A stretch of DNA of 64,000 nt from an uncultured bacterium (GCA_963819815.1 CAWFXL010000001.1:1408001-1472000), one strand, 5' to 3'; positions 38,383 through 48,398 are shown, counted from the first letter of the stretch. Notes: a model not told the origin generated them from the sequence alone. Numbers and translations: made by a program.

Positions 38383-39801
38383 TTAAAACTTGTTGATGCC
38401 TTTATAGCGCCAATAAGCTGCTACTGCAGAATGTGATCCCGTTACACATATCAAGCCTTGGCGTTCATTAACGCTTTGCTTCGCGGCTTCGAAAGCTTCT
38501 TTAAAGGTTGAAAAGGCGCGAGCCTTAACTTTCATGCTCTTGATATCGTTAGCAACTTTTTCAGGATTCCAAGATGTATCTTCATGAACCCCAGGAAGTG
38601 ATACTTCTATAGGGAAAATAAAGAGCTGGCCGGATGTCTTTTTAAAGAAATAGCGCACAAGTTTGAGGAACTCTTCATTGTGCATACTTTTCTCCGACGC
38701 TGCCATGACAAGTGCAAAGCCTTTATGAGGCTGGCTGTAGTGAAGGAGACGGATACCAAGAAGAAGATTTTTAAAGGCATCAAGATTTGAAGAAGTATCA
38801 AGAAGTACTCCCGGCTCTTCTTTAGCAACGAGCTCGAATCTGCCTGGCAGTTCATTTTTTTCAGTTTTCCAGAATTCTTCTAGAGACTTTTGAGGTTTAA
38901 GCTCTGCCTTACGTTTATCTTCCAAAGTAGGGCGGCCACGTTTGACCGGTTTGCGACTGAGTAAGCTATCTGCCGTAACAGTGGCATCTTTATTAAAGTA
39001 ATTTTCTATGAACATGTGGGCGATACGTTCAGCTAGTGCTGCACAACGACCATGAAGTTGCTCAAATGGATACGAAAGAGGAGCGAGCTTTCTGATAGGC
39101 ATTGCCCAATTGCCGCCCTGTTCAACCGTAAGTTTGTGCATCAATTCTAAGTTTGCTTTATTTTGGTCACCCGATACGATCCAGGTTCCCTTCTTAATGA
39201 TGCCCATAGTGTCTGCAACTATAGGAGCAAGATCGTCTTCGCTTACTGTTGTATCACGTGGGGTTACTCGGGTAACTGTAGCAACAAGAGCCTGACAAAT
39301 ATTAACGGGATTATAGCTACCACCTTCACTTACTTCAAGAAGCGCAACATCCACTTTGTTTTCCACAAAATACAGGAGCGCCATCATCGTGAGGAGTTCA
39401 TCGCTGTGGGCCTTAATTTCCAAAGTTTCTGCAATATTAATAACCTTGTTACCCACCTCGGTAAACTGGGTATTGCCAATAGTCTCTAAATTCGTGGAGA
39501 ACCGCTCATTATAGGTTAAGATATGCGGAGAGGTAAAGGTTCCTACCTTAAGTCCTTCTTCTCGTAACAGTTTAGCTGACAAGCCAATCGTAATACTCTT
39601 TCCATTAGTTCCTGCAACAAGGAGAGCAGCAACCTTTTTTGATGGGTTTTGCAGAGCCGCATCAAGCTCCTTAATCCGCGCAAGACTTTTAGTCTGCGGG
39701 GTATCCCAGTGCTCATTAAGGTATTGAACGATTTCTTGATAACTACGTATCTTTTTTGGGGGGACCGATACGTTCGATTGAATCTGTTTACGAATAGTCA
39801 T
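38383..39801 (-). CDS. FolC-like Mur ligase-fold protein (divergent)
   Basis: VAGTNGKS, FTSPHILTYNERF, LLEVSEGG, LPGRFE, CVTGS. Confidence 0.8.
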   Translation of the reverse strand: MTIRKQIQSNVSVPPKKIRSYQEIVQYLNEHWDTPQTKSLARIKELDAALQNPSKKVAALLVAGTNGKSITIGLSAKLLREEGLKVGTFTSPHILTYNERFSTNLETIGNTQFTEVGNKVINIAETLEIKAHSDELLTMMALLYFVENKVDVALLEVSEGGSYNPVNICQALVATVTRVTPRDTTVSEDDLAPIVADTMGIIKKGTWIVSGDQNKANLELMHKLTVEQGGNWAMPIRKLAPLSYPFEQLHGRCAALAERIAHMFIENYFNKDATVTADSLLSRKPVKRGRPTLEDKRKAELKPQKSLEEFWKTEKNELPGRFELVAKEEPGVLLDTSSNLDAFKNLLLGIRLLHYSQPHKGFALVMAASEKSMHNEEFLKLVRYFFKKTSGQLFIFPIEVSLPGVHEDTSWNPEKVANDIKSMKVKARAFSTFKEAFEAAKQSVNERQGLICVTGSHSAVAAYWRYKGINKF

Positions 39802-40182
39802 AGTGCTCCGTAAGGTAAGATGTCGTAAAAGTTGTTTAATAAAGTATTTTTTCTTTATTTGTCTCAAGCTTACCCTATTTTTTTATTTATGTCAAAATAT
39901 ACAATCCTTGAATATTGGGGGGCTGATTAATTGACAAAAAATAAAAACATGCTGCCTGGCGTTCAATAAGCTCTTCATGCTGAATAAGATGCGCTGGGCT
40001 TCGAGGAAAAGAGCGAACCTTGACATTTTAAGGTAAATGTGATTATATAGGTTCACTTAAAAAGTCTTTCTAAAATATTCTAATAATATTAAAAGGTGCT
40101 GGAAGCGTTATTTTGACCACCTTTTTTCTTTTGTTAGACCTTTTCTTTCTGAAAACCTTTTTCTCACCCGTAGGATCGTGCT

Positions 40183-40638
40183 ATGGTACACTCTCGCAAT
40201 GGGTTTACCCTCATTGAGCTGATGATTGTTGTTGCACTTATAGCCTTTTTATCAATGCTTGCGGTACCTAACCTGATGAAAGTGCTTGCTAAAGCGAAGC
40301 GCTCCGAGGCCTATCTTTACTTGCGCACGATAGCTCAGGCTCAAAAGGTGCACTATGCTGAGTATGGTACCTATACTACCACCCTTAATGGTAAAGGTGG
40401 TCTTGGATGGAGGCCTGAAGGTGTTTTCAACTATACCTATGGGTTTCCTGGGACACCTGAGGGGGTAGGCCATTTTGTAGGAGCATTAAAAACCCCAGTA
40501 TCGGCCTTATCTGTCGGTAAGATTGGTGATTCAACCTTTGTTATAGCTGCTGCTGGTAGAATCTACGGAGAGCAGCTAGATATTCTTACTATAAATGAGC
40601 AGGGGGAGATTGCTCTGGTGAGCGATGCGTTGCAGTAG
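40183..40638 (+). CDS. Type IV pilin-like protein
   Basis: G|FTLIELMIVVALI class III signal; AKAKRSEA. Confidence 0.93.
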   Translation: MVHSRNGFTLIELMIVVALIAFLSMLAVPNLMKVLAKAKRSEAYLYLRTIAQAQKVHYAEYGTYTTTLNGKGGLGWRPEGVFNYTYGFPGTPEGVGHFVGALKTPVSALSVGKIGDSTFVIAAAGRIYGEQLDILTINEQGEIALVSDALQ

Positions 40639-40639
40639 T

Positions 40640-41398
40640 CTAGAAAAAGGGCTCAATGAGTTCATGAATCTGCTGCTGTAAGAAAATATAGATAAAGGAT
40701 CCAAGTACAAGCCAAGGCCCAAAGGCTATTTTGGGGTGGGCGCGCTTACTAAGTGCCATCTGGACAATGCATGAAATAATGCCCAAAAAGGACCCGAGAA
40801 GTAAGGATGTCCAAGCACCGGTAATGCCCGTAAATGCGCCTATCATTGCTAATAGATCTATATCCCCTTCGCCCATTCCTTCGATATTGCGAATCGCATG
40901 GAAAATACGGGCAACGATCCAGAGAACCAGATAGCCAAAAAGAGCACCGCGGATGCTCTCAATGAGACTCAAGGGAAGAAGATGCATATAACTTAGGATA
41001 AAGGCGACAGGGATGAGTCCCCAGGTTACATAGCGAGAGATAAGCATTTTCTCAAAGTCAGTACGAATCGTTACGATCCCTGCTGAGATAAAGAGGAAGT
41101 AGCCAAACCAGTACTTTTGATCGATATATATGAGCATGAGGGTAAGCATAAGTGCAGTCAAAAACTCAATAGCGGGATACAATGGAGAAATGATATTTTG
41201 ACACGATCGGCATCTGCCTTTAAGGAGTATAAATGAAATCAACGGAATCGTATCATACCATGCTAACTGAGTTCGACAGTGAGGGCAATATGAGCGCCCA
41301 AAAAAAGAATATCCTCTAATGATTCGGTATCCCACCACATTTAAAAATGAGCCCCAGCAGAGAAAGAGTATAAATTCCAGAAGATAGGCAAAAATCAT
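40640..41398 (-). CDS. pilD: Prepilin peptidase (A24)
   Basis: GSFLNVV, RSYCPHC, GRCRSC, GMGEGD, AFGPWL. Confidence 0.93.
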   Translation of the reverse strand: MIFAYLLEFILFLCWGSFLNVVGYRIIRGYSFFGRSYCPHCRTQLAWYDTIPLISFILLKGRCRSCQNIISPLYPAIEFLTALMLTLMLIYIDQKYWFGYFLFISAGIVTIRTDFEKMLISRYVTWGLIPVAFILSYMHLLPLSLIESIRGALFGYLVLWIVARIFHAIRNIEGMGEGDIDLLAMIGAFTGITGAWTSLLLGSFLGIISCIVQMALSKRAHPKIAFGPWLVLGSFIYIFLQQQIHELIEPFF

Positions 41399-41766
41399 TC
41401 GGTATCCTCTGACTTAACCTCCTCGAGGAGCATCTCAAGACGCAGTTGCTTTTCTAACTGTATATCATAAGCAAAAACCAGGTCAGGTGTATAGCGTGAC
41501 TGAACACGAGATGCAAGAGCTCGTCGAAGCGAAACTTTATATTGAGTAATAATAGGTAGCAACTCTTTCTCAAAATATGCCTGCCCTTCAGGGGTATAGA
41601 AATAGACGGTGCATATGCTTTTATCGGGCGAAAGAGCAACTCGGTTGATCGTAATTGCTTGAAGTTTTGGATCATCAAGGCTGGCTTCAAGAAACAACTT
41701 GGAGACCTCTCTAAAGAGAAGTGATTCCTTTTGTGCACGCCGTACATGTCCCAACGATGAGTTCAT
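41395..41766 (-). CDS. rbfA: Ribosome-binding factor A
   Basis: DPKL..ITINRVALSPD, RYTPDLVFAYD. Confidence 0.88.
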   Translation of the reverse strand: MNSSLGHVRRAQKESLLFREVSKLFLEASLDDPKLQAITINRVALSPDKSICTVYFYTPEGQAYFEKELLPIITQYKVSLRRALASRVQSRYTPDLVFAYDIQLEKQLRLEMLLEEVKSEDTE

Positions 41767-41772
41767 AGAATG

Positions 41773-41982
41773 TTACTGCGGACCTTGTGAGGAAAGCCGT
41801 ATCCAGTTTTGTTTGATTGCGCGAAGCAATTTCTTGCGGCGCTTTTGGGTAGGTGGTTCATAATAGACTATACGCTTCATATCGCGTACAACGCCTTCGC
41901 GTTCGATTTTTTTCTTGAGCTGTTTTAAGGCGCGTTCCACGTTATCGTGAACGCTTATTGAGATGTTTGTTTTTTTTGCCAT
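41773..41982 (-). CDS. rpsU: 30S ribosomal protein S21
   Basis: VERALKQLKKK...GV.RDMKR..YYEPPT.KRR. Confidence 0.93.
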   Translation of the reverse strand: MAKKTNISISVHDNVERALKQLKKKIEREGVVRDMKRIVYYEPPTQKRRKKLLRAIKQNWIRLSSQGPQ

Positions 41983-42047
41983 AACAAATTTGATCCTTTC
42001 AAGTTCTTATTAGTATACGCGGATATTTCTTACTTGTCCACCGTTGC

Positions 42048-43652
42048 TCAATAGACGAAGGTTACTGTGCCCATGACCATCCCTGATCGATAGGCATTAC
42101 GTTGCTTAGCAGGAGCTTGCCAGAGTAACCCGATGGAGAGACAATCAAAGAGATCATAGTTGAACCCCACATTGACTAGATGCACTTCCCATTTGCTTGC
42201 ACATTCAGCACGTTCAATCTGAAAGCCACTCTCAAAATAGCGAGAATTTTGAGGAATAAATGAACGACATACTTTGATCTTATCAGGAGTATGAGAAACA
42301 ATCGCATATTCAATCCAGACAGAGAGATTGTCTAAAAAGTGATAGGCGTTCATACCGAAATTAAAGTTCCAGGTGGGACCTGGTCGAATAGTGACGTCAG
42401 CTGAGTAGGGGAATATACCACTTTCCTTTGAATTGGTTGGCAAACCGAGGTTACAATATTCGCGCTCAAAAAAGTATGAAAATCCTCCTACCGCGTAGAT
42501 ATCGATCGTATCAAGAAAATCAATGGTACAACCTGCACGGCCGCCTACAAAGGTATGGCGATTATTGCCATTGGGGAGCGCAAAGATCTCACGGTTATCA
42601 ATCTCTTTCATCATAGGGATACCGACCCCTACTTGGGCAAAAGGCATAAAGACGACTCGCGGATAGCGCTCATTATCTTCATTGATAACAAAAAGCTGGC
42701 GCCAATACATACTGAGTCGAAGGTCATCCATTCCAACCTTATGATAGTTACAGTCGTCAAGGCCAAGAACATGAAGCATCCTACTTCTTTGGCTCATGAT
42801 ATTGTTAATTACATATTGTTTACAGTCTGATGGAAATCCAAAATTAAGCGTTGTGTCGCACACAGGCTGGAAGGGCTGTAGGGGGATAACGCAGGCCGCT
42901 TGACCATCAGGATTGCAGGCAATTTGTGGGCAGGGCGGTACTTCAGATGGATCAACAAAAGGTGGCGCAATTGCAATAGGTTCTGCAGGATTTGGTTTTG
43001 GACAACTTGGCGGAGCTGCGGTTACACCTTGCGGAGTGGTTGCTGTTGGACAGGCCGTTCCTAATGCTTGACAGGTCATATCGTTAAAGTTTAGGACCGT
43101 TTGGCGAATATCATTTATGCCCCATTGGGCCATGATTCCTACGGCATAGAAGCAGCGATCGATTAAGAGAAGCTCGCTTTCAAATCGAACGCCATACTTT
43201 CTATACAAAAGAGGGATAGAAAAAAAGCCAAATTCTTGTCGTGGATCGGAATACCGAGGCTTCGTTAAGAATGGGACACAGTCTGCATTGGGCGTTGGCA
43301 ACTCAAGTGCCTGCGTAAGCACATTGTTCATTATAGGATCATAGAAGAAAGCCAGCATATTCCAGCGGCCGTTTATATCTCCCGGATAGATCGTTTGCCG
43401 CTCTTGGTCTTTAGCACGGTTAGCATACTGGCGGTAAGCACTCACGCTTACTCGAAATCGTGCAGGAGCATAGGTATAGTCATAGCGCATGAGATTTGCT
43501 TTTTGCCGAGTGGCAAGGAAGTCATTAGGAAAGACGGTGCTAAAGAGCGGCAATGGATCATTTTGGGTCAAATTTGGAAACATGCCACATAGGGAAGTCT
43601 CTGCGCTTACAAGCGCAAGAAGTAAGCCTAATAAACGTCCCTTGGGTGCCAT
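42048..43652 (-). CDS. Hypothetical Cys-rich exported protein, probable outer-membrane beta-barrel
   Basis: Signal peptide, alternating aromatic/hydrophobic strands, C-terminal GTVTFVY; Pro/Cys-rich insert. Confidence 0.6.
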   Translation of the reverse strand: MAPKGRLLGLLLALVSAETSLCGMFPNLTQNDPLPLFSTVFPNDFLATRQKANLMRYDYTYAPARFRVSVSAYRQYANRAKDQERQTIYPGDINGRWNMLAFFYDPIMNNVLTQALELPTPNADCVPFLTKPRYSDPRQEFGFFSIPLLYRKYGVRFESELLLIDRCFYAVGIMAQWGINDIRQTVLNFNDMTCQALGTACPTATTPQGVTAAPPSCPKPNPAEPIAIAPPFVDPSEVPPCPQIACNPDGQAACVIPLQPFQPVCDTTLNFGFPSDCKQYVINNIMSQRSRMLHVLGLDDCNYHKVGMDDLRLSMYWRQLFVINEDNERYPRVVFMPFAQVGVGIPMMKEIDNREIFALPNGNNRHTFVGGRAGCTIDFLDTIDIYAVGGFSYFFEREYCNLGLPTNSKESGIFPYSADVTIRPGPTWNFNFGMNAYHFLDNLSVWIEYAIVSHTPDKIKVCRSFIPQNSRYFESGFQIERAECASKWEVHLVNVGFNYDLFDCLSIGLLWQAPAKQRNAYRSGMVMGTVTFVY

Positions 43653-43943
43653 ATATGATCCTTTCTCTTCTTTGAGACAATCTCACGCGAGTGGATGGTA
43701 ATCTAGTTTTTTTACGAATAACAGCTACATATATAGCATGTGTAGCAATTTGCGTCAACTTTATGATGGTTGCGCAAGGTGCTGCATTAGGAAATATCAT
43801 GCTCTCTCTAAATGGGGTGGGCTGGGTGATATTTGGTTGAAAACGCACATACGTATCTTTCTGAGGGGAAATCTCAAAATCAAGACAAAAAAAGGTTAAA
43901 AAAAAAGTTGCTTATGATAGAATAATGATAGAGAAAGGAATCT

Positions 43944-44198
43944 ATGTCTTATTGTTCTTACTATCGAGCACGAGTTGTTGAGAAGGACTGTTGGTTCTTA
44001 GTTGCTATAATGCGCAGCTTTGAACATCTTGCCTTTGATCGCACCTTTGACAAAGGCACGAGTACCTTTGAATTCTTTGTACCACAGGATCTTGAGCAAA
44101 CATTCTTGGAGCTCATGGAATTCTTTAAGGCGGAAGGGATTGTACAAGAATTATGCTCACTCCCTAATAGATTACTCGATCCCCAGGCAGTTATTTAA
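43944..44198 (+). CDS. Small conserved protein (DUF4911-like)
   Basis: FL..IMRSFEHLAFDRTFD...FEFFVP pattern; AAAGGA RBS. Confidence 0.6.
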   Translation: MSYCSYYRARVVEKDCWFLVAIMRSFEHLAFDRTFDKGTSTFEFFVPQDLEQTFLELMEFFKAEGIVQELCSLPNRLLDPQAVI

Positions 44199-45621
44199 CA
44201 AGATTCTCTAAGCGTACTTTTATTTCCTCGGGTGCGAGCATGCCAAGTAGGTCATGAATTGCAGGACCCTGTGCAGATCCGGTGAGCGCAATACGCACAA
44301 GAGAATAGATGTCTTTAACCGCAAATGAATGTTCTTTGCAGAGAGCTTTCAAAGCGAGGGCTCCGGTTTCTGGGCTGCCGGAGGCAATTTGAGGAATTAC
44401 CTTTTTCAATGCTTCCTTTGAATTGGAAAGCTTATAGGTTTCAAGAAGAGTTGTATCTAATGTTGGTCGCTCTGCAATAAACGTTAAAAGATCAGCACTT
44501 TGTTTGAGTGTTACCAGTTCTTCTTTGATCGGTAAAATTAAAGCTTTGATTTTTTCGTGGTCCCAGGAGCTGAGCATAGGAAGCTTTTTGTCAATGAAGG
44601 GACGACAGAGTTCAACGAGTTTATCAAGATCGTACCCCTTAATCCACTGGTGATTTACCCAACGAAGTTTTTCAACATCATATTTTATTTGACCCGTTGC
44701 AGACAGATGATCAAAATTATAACTATCGATCATCTCTTGTGCGCTCATAATTTCTTTTGGGACCGAATGTCCTATGATAGCAAGATAATTAGTGATAGCT
44801 TCCGGTAAGAAACCTGCCTCCTGAAGATCAGTTAGAGAAAATCCGAAGTCCCGTTTTGAGAGTTTCTTACCCTCGACATTACCAAGGATAGGTAGATGAC
44901 AAAATACGGGAACTTCTTCCTCAAAAACCTCATATAAGGCAACCTGAACCGCTGTGTTCGTTAAATGATCTTCACCGCGAAATACATGGGTGATCTTCAT
45001 AGCAACATCATCAACGAAGTTTGCAAATAAGAAGGTAAAGCTTCCATCTTGCCGAGTAAGAGGAACGTCAGAAAAATGCTTCAGTTCAAAGTGCATCGTC
45101 TTATGTGCTAAATCATAGAAGGTTACTGTTTTGGCATGGTCCAAGATGAAACGCCAAATAAAAGGCATGTCTCGTTCAAAACGAGCCTTGACCTCTTCTT
45201 TTGGTAGGGTAAGGCATGCACGGTCATACCGAGGCGGCTGCTTGAGGGCAAGCTGCCGTTGGCGCTTTTTCTCAAGCTCTTCGGTAGTGCAAAAGCACGG
45301 ATATATCGCATTTTTTTCTTTGAGTGTATTAAGCGCTTCAGTGTAGAGTGCCGTACGCTTCGATTGGAAATAGGGAGCATAGGGACCACTTTTTTCTGGA
45401 CCTTCATCAAAGGAGAGCTTCAACCACGCAAGGTCACTCAGGATACGAGTTGCATGTGGATCAACATTTCGTTCTGGGTCAGTATCTTCTATGCGAATAA
45501 TAAAAATGCCATCTTTTTGTCGTGCAAATAGGTAATTTATCAGAGCTGTGCGAACACTTCCTAAGTGCATAAAGCCAGTAGGTGAAGGGGCAAATCGTAC
45601 ACGAATGTTTGAGGTCTTCAT
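44191..45621 (-). CDS. gltX: Glutamate-tRNA ligase
   Basis: RVRFAPSPTGFMHLG, RIEDTD, RGEDH, KKLSKR. Confidence 0.97.
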   Translation of the reverse strand: MKTSNIRVRFAPSPTGFMHLGSVRTALINYLFARQKDGIFIIRIEDTDPERNVDPHATRILSDLAWLKLSFDEGPEKSGPYAPYFQSKRTALYTEALNTLKEKNAIYPCFCTTEELEKKRQRQLALKQPPRYDRACLTLPKEEVKARFERDMPFIWRFILDHAKTVTFYDLAHKTMHFELKHFSDVPLTRQDGSFTFLFANFVDDVAMKITHVFRGEDHLTNTAVQVALYEVFEEEVPVFCHLPILGNVEGKKLSKRDFGFSLTDLQEAGFLPEAITNYLAIIGHSVPKEIMSAQEMIDSYNFDHLSATGQIKYDVEKLRWVNHQWIKGYDLDKLVELCRPFIDKKLPMLSSWDHEKIKALILPIKEELVTLKQSADLLTFIAERPTLDTTLLETYKLSNSKEALKKVIPQIASGSPETGALALKALCKEHSFAVKDIYSLVRIALTGSAQGPAIHDLLGMLAPEEIKVRLENLVK

Positions 45622-45769
45622 AGGCGTAGTCTTGATATCTCGATGTGATTGTGGGACTTTTCATGAGTATACCATAAGCTTTTTTGAATGTTTACCTTTT
45701 GAAAGACTCTTTCAAAAGTCTTGTGTGGAATACTTAGTATGTGGTATCAACAGAGGTGAAGTTTGCCAT

Positions 45770-45798
45770 TTGACGAATATGAGGAGGTACACTATCAT
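45770..45798 (+). promoter_or_regulatory. Sigma70-like promoter of array gene 1
   Basis: TTGACG-N17-TATCAT. Confidence 0.6.
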
Positions 45799-45866
45799 GA
45801 GTGCGTGCTGCTAAACAATAGTAAGTGAGTACTTTTGAGAGTATCCCTTACAAGAAAGGATTATGC

Positions 45867-46502
45867 GTGAAACATTCATTTAATCTGATCGTTCTAGTAA
45901 GTATGATAAGCCTAACCCCTTTGGTTACTGCTAAGACTATACTTGAGCAGCTTGAAACTGCAGTCAGCGAAGGAAATCTTCTGGAGGTAAAGTCATGCCT
46001 TCGTAAGCTCGATAGACAACCGATGACCCCCCAGGAGAAAAAGAGCACTTTTTCCGATCTGCTTGGGGTGAGTGAAGATACTCTCGAATTAGAGAAGACT
46101 AGCGACGGATTTTTAGGTGACAAGTGTGATATTGCTCGCTGTATAGCGGGTGCTCTTGTCGGTGTGTATGGTTTGTCTCAAGTTGTGCATAACTGGCATA
46201 CAATTAAAACAGGTACGTGTACCTATTGTAAGCGCATTGAGTGCAATGAGAGATGTAAATGCAAATCTTGTCTTACAGCACGTGCTAGATGTGGATGCAT
46301 GCCAAAAAAATTTACTCAAGTCGCCGGTTCATCCTCTAGACTGATGTATGGCTTGAGTGGTCTTCCGTATATAGGATTAGCATTGGCCGGCTTTTATCAA
46401 GTATTTCAAGGTTTGAGGGGAGCAAGTCGTGAATCAAAAATCAAGTCAGCTCAAAGTATCCAAGAGTTATTGAAAGAAAGAGTAGGTCGGCAGCGGCCCT
46501 AA
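45867..46502 (+). CDS. Hairpin-array family member 1 (Cys-rich central insert)
   Basis: AAAGGA RBS before GTG 45867; signal, EQLETAV...VKSCL, two hydrophobic helices, A.SIQELL end. Confidence 0.75.
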   Translation: MKHSFNLIVLVSMISLTPLVTAKTILEQLETAVSEGNLLEVKSCLRKLDRQPMTPQEKKSTFSDLLGVSEDTLELEKTSDGFLGDKCDIARCIAGALVGVYGLSQVVHNWHTIKTGTCTYCKRIECNERCKCKSCLTARARCGCMPKKFTQVAGSSSRLMYGLSGLPYIGLALAGFYQVFQGLRGASRESKIKSAQSIQELLKERVGRQRP

Positions 46503-46555
46503 GTTAGTGTATTTCATGGGTTTGCCATGCTAATGAGTGTTGAGATGATGACCAT

Positions 46556-46584
46556 TTGACTGCAAAGTAAGGTCATCGTATCAT
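46556..46584 (+). promoter_or_regulatory. Sigma70-like promoter of array gene 2
   Basis: TTGACT-N17-TATCAT, same CCATTTGAC...TATCATGA context as 45770. Confidence 0.6.
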
Positions 46585-46619
46585 GAAAATGAGCATGATG
46601 GCTTGATGGAGAATAAAAA

Positions 46620-47183
46620 ATGATGAATTATGTACTAAAAGCAGTATCTCTTCTGTTGATCTCTGTTCCTCTGCTCGCTGTTGAGCATGATTACCAGGAA
46701 CAGCTTGAAGCTGCAATTGTGCAAACAAATGCGCCTAAAGTGGCCCGTTTACTTAAGCGCCGTACGAGAACCTCGGTGAAGAACTTTAATCATATGCTCG
46801 GTTGGGCGAATGATATTATTGAAGAGCGACGTATGCTAGAATCAACTTCAGGTGAAGCAACGTGGGCAGTGGTTGCATCCATACTAGGTTTAGCTGCTGG
46901 TAGTCTTGGACTGTATTACTATTTTGATGGACGAGGTTTTCGGACTGATGTAAGGGCTTCTATTCTGGGAGCAGAGAAAGGCTTTTTTACCATGCTAGGG
47001 ATTGCGGGCCTTGCCGGCGCGTATGGTCTCTATAAGTACTGGTCGGGACCTCGATATCGTCTAGCAAAAGCATATGATATTCTTTTTTCTCTTGAAGATG
47101 CTGTTGATGCACTTGAAAAGAAGAAAAAGCTTCGCTCTCAATTTGAGAAACTTCGCGGAAAGATGCTTAAGGAGGCTCAATGA
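46620..47183 (+). CDS. Hairpin-array family member 2
   Basis: Signal; EQLEAAI...KVARLL; two TM helices. Confidence 0.78.
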   Translation: MMNYVLKAVSLLLISVPLLAVEHDYQEQLEAAIVQTNAPKVARLLKRRTRTSVKNFNHMLGWANDIIEERRMLESTSGEATWAVVASILGLAAGSLGLYYYFDGRGFRTDVRASILGAEKGFFTMLGIAGLAGAYGLYKYWSGPRYRLAKAYDILFSLEDAVDALEKKKKLRSQFEKLRGKMLKEAQ

Positions 47184-47737
47184 AACTTCTATGGATTGCA
47201 ATCAGTATCAGTTTTCTAGTACCATTGTATGGGAAAAGTACTCTTGAAGAGCGCATGATTAATGCTATAGCTCAGACCGATTTTCCTCTACTGCGAAAGC
47301 TTATGAAAAGATTTGATCGAGAGTATTTGAGCAAAGAAGATAGAGTGAAATCATTACAGCTGATCAGAGCTGCCTGTATGGATGTGGTAAAAGCTACTAA
47401 AGATTCTTCTCTTGTAACAAGTAAGCATGATCTTATGAAGTCACTTGTAGGAGGCGTAGCGGGTGTTTGGGGCTTGTCGCATCTTATCTCTAATGGAGAA
47501 TTGATGCAGGATCCTTCGAAAGCTAACGACCAATCATGGTTATTTGCTAAAGCCATAGGATCGGGTGTGACCGTGCTATCAGGTGGTTATTGGTTGATCC
47601 AGGGCTTAGTAAAAGCTTCACAGCAGCAGCGGCATGAAACTGCTTGCAAAATAGATGAATATCTTGAAAGTTGCATTAAAGAGGTTGAGTTACCAAGTAA
47701 AGAGTTATTTGTAACAACCTGGAACAGGTACGCTTGA
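47180..47737 (+). CDS. Hairpin-array family member 3
   Basis: Signal; ERMINAI; DLMKS; two hydrophobic helices; QGLVKASQ...ACKIDEYL. Confidence 0.78.
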   Translation: MKLLWIAISISFLVPLYGKSTLEERMINAIAQTDFPLLRKLMKRFDREYLSKEDRVKSLQLIRAACMDVVKATKDSSLVTSKHDLMKSLVGGVAGVWGLSHLISNGELMQDPSKANDQSWLFAKAIGSGVTVLSGGYWLIQGLVKASQQQRHETACKIDEYLESCIKEVELPSKELFVTTWNRYA

Positions 47738-47765
47738 CCGGATGCACGTGTATTAGGGTAATTGT

Positions 47766-48329
47766 ATGAATAAGGTGTATGAAATAGTTTTAATGAGTCT
47801 CATATCTATGAGTACTTGTATGCAGGCGGATCAGGAGTATAAGCTTGATCAAATAACAGCTGCTATTAAAGATTCCGACCTTGCTCGTGTGAAAACACAA
47901 TGGAGAAGAATTGATAGCATCTTTGAATCTTCCGAAGAAAAGAAGGAGATCCTAAAAACTCTTGTAGATACTGCAGCTCAAGTAGCCGATGAATCAAAAG
48001 TGAGACCAGTGGCCGGTGGAAAAAATTATAAGAAAATAGCAGGTGGTGTGCTTACAATCGCTGGCGCCTCGGGCGTAGCTGCCTATTATATGCCTTTACA
48101 TAGGTTGTTTTATGGCGCGACGCACAATGAACAGATTAAAGGATGGGCCATTTTCGTTGGGTTGGCTGCGGTTTCAATCGCTGGAGGTAGGCTTAGCAGA
48201 AATGGAATGGGATGGGAAGCCCAAGATCCGATAGCCAATCGTGGCCGTTCAAAGGCTACAGTTATTTTGGCATATCTTGAAGATCAACTGCATGATATAT
48301 TGAATGAAAACATTAAGTTGCAAAAGTAG
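47766..48329 (+). CDS. Hairpin-array family member 4
   Basis: Signal; DQITAAI...RVK; GRSKATVILAYLED. Confidence 0.78.
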   Translation: MNKVYEIVLMSLISMSTCMQADQEYKLDQITAAIKDSDLARVKTQWRRIDSIFESSEEKKEILKTLVDTAAQVADESKVRPVAGGKNYKKIAGGVLTIAGASGVAAYYMPLHRLFYGATHNEQIKGWAIFVGLAAVSIAGGRLSRNGMGWEAQDPIANRGRSKATVILAYLEDQLHDILNENIKLQK

Positions 48330-48337
48330 CGGATAGC

Positions 48338-48388
48338 ATGAAAAATCTTATATATGTAGCTACCCAATGTTATGCAGAGATAGATAGA
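48338..48388 (+). pseudogene. 5' remnant of an array gene
   Basis: ATGAAAAATCTTATATATGTAGCTACCCAATGTTATGCAGAGATA matches the starts of members 6-9 with an internal deletion. Confidence 0.7.
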
Positions 48389-48398
48389 GGTTAATTTT

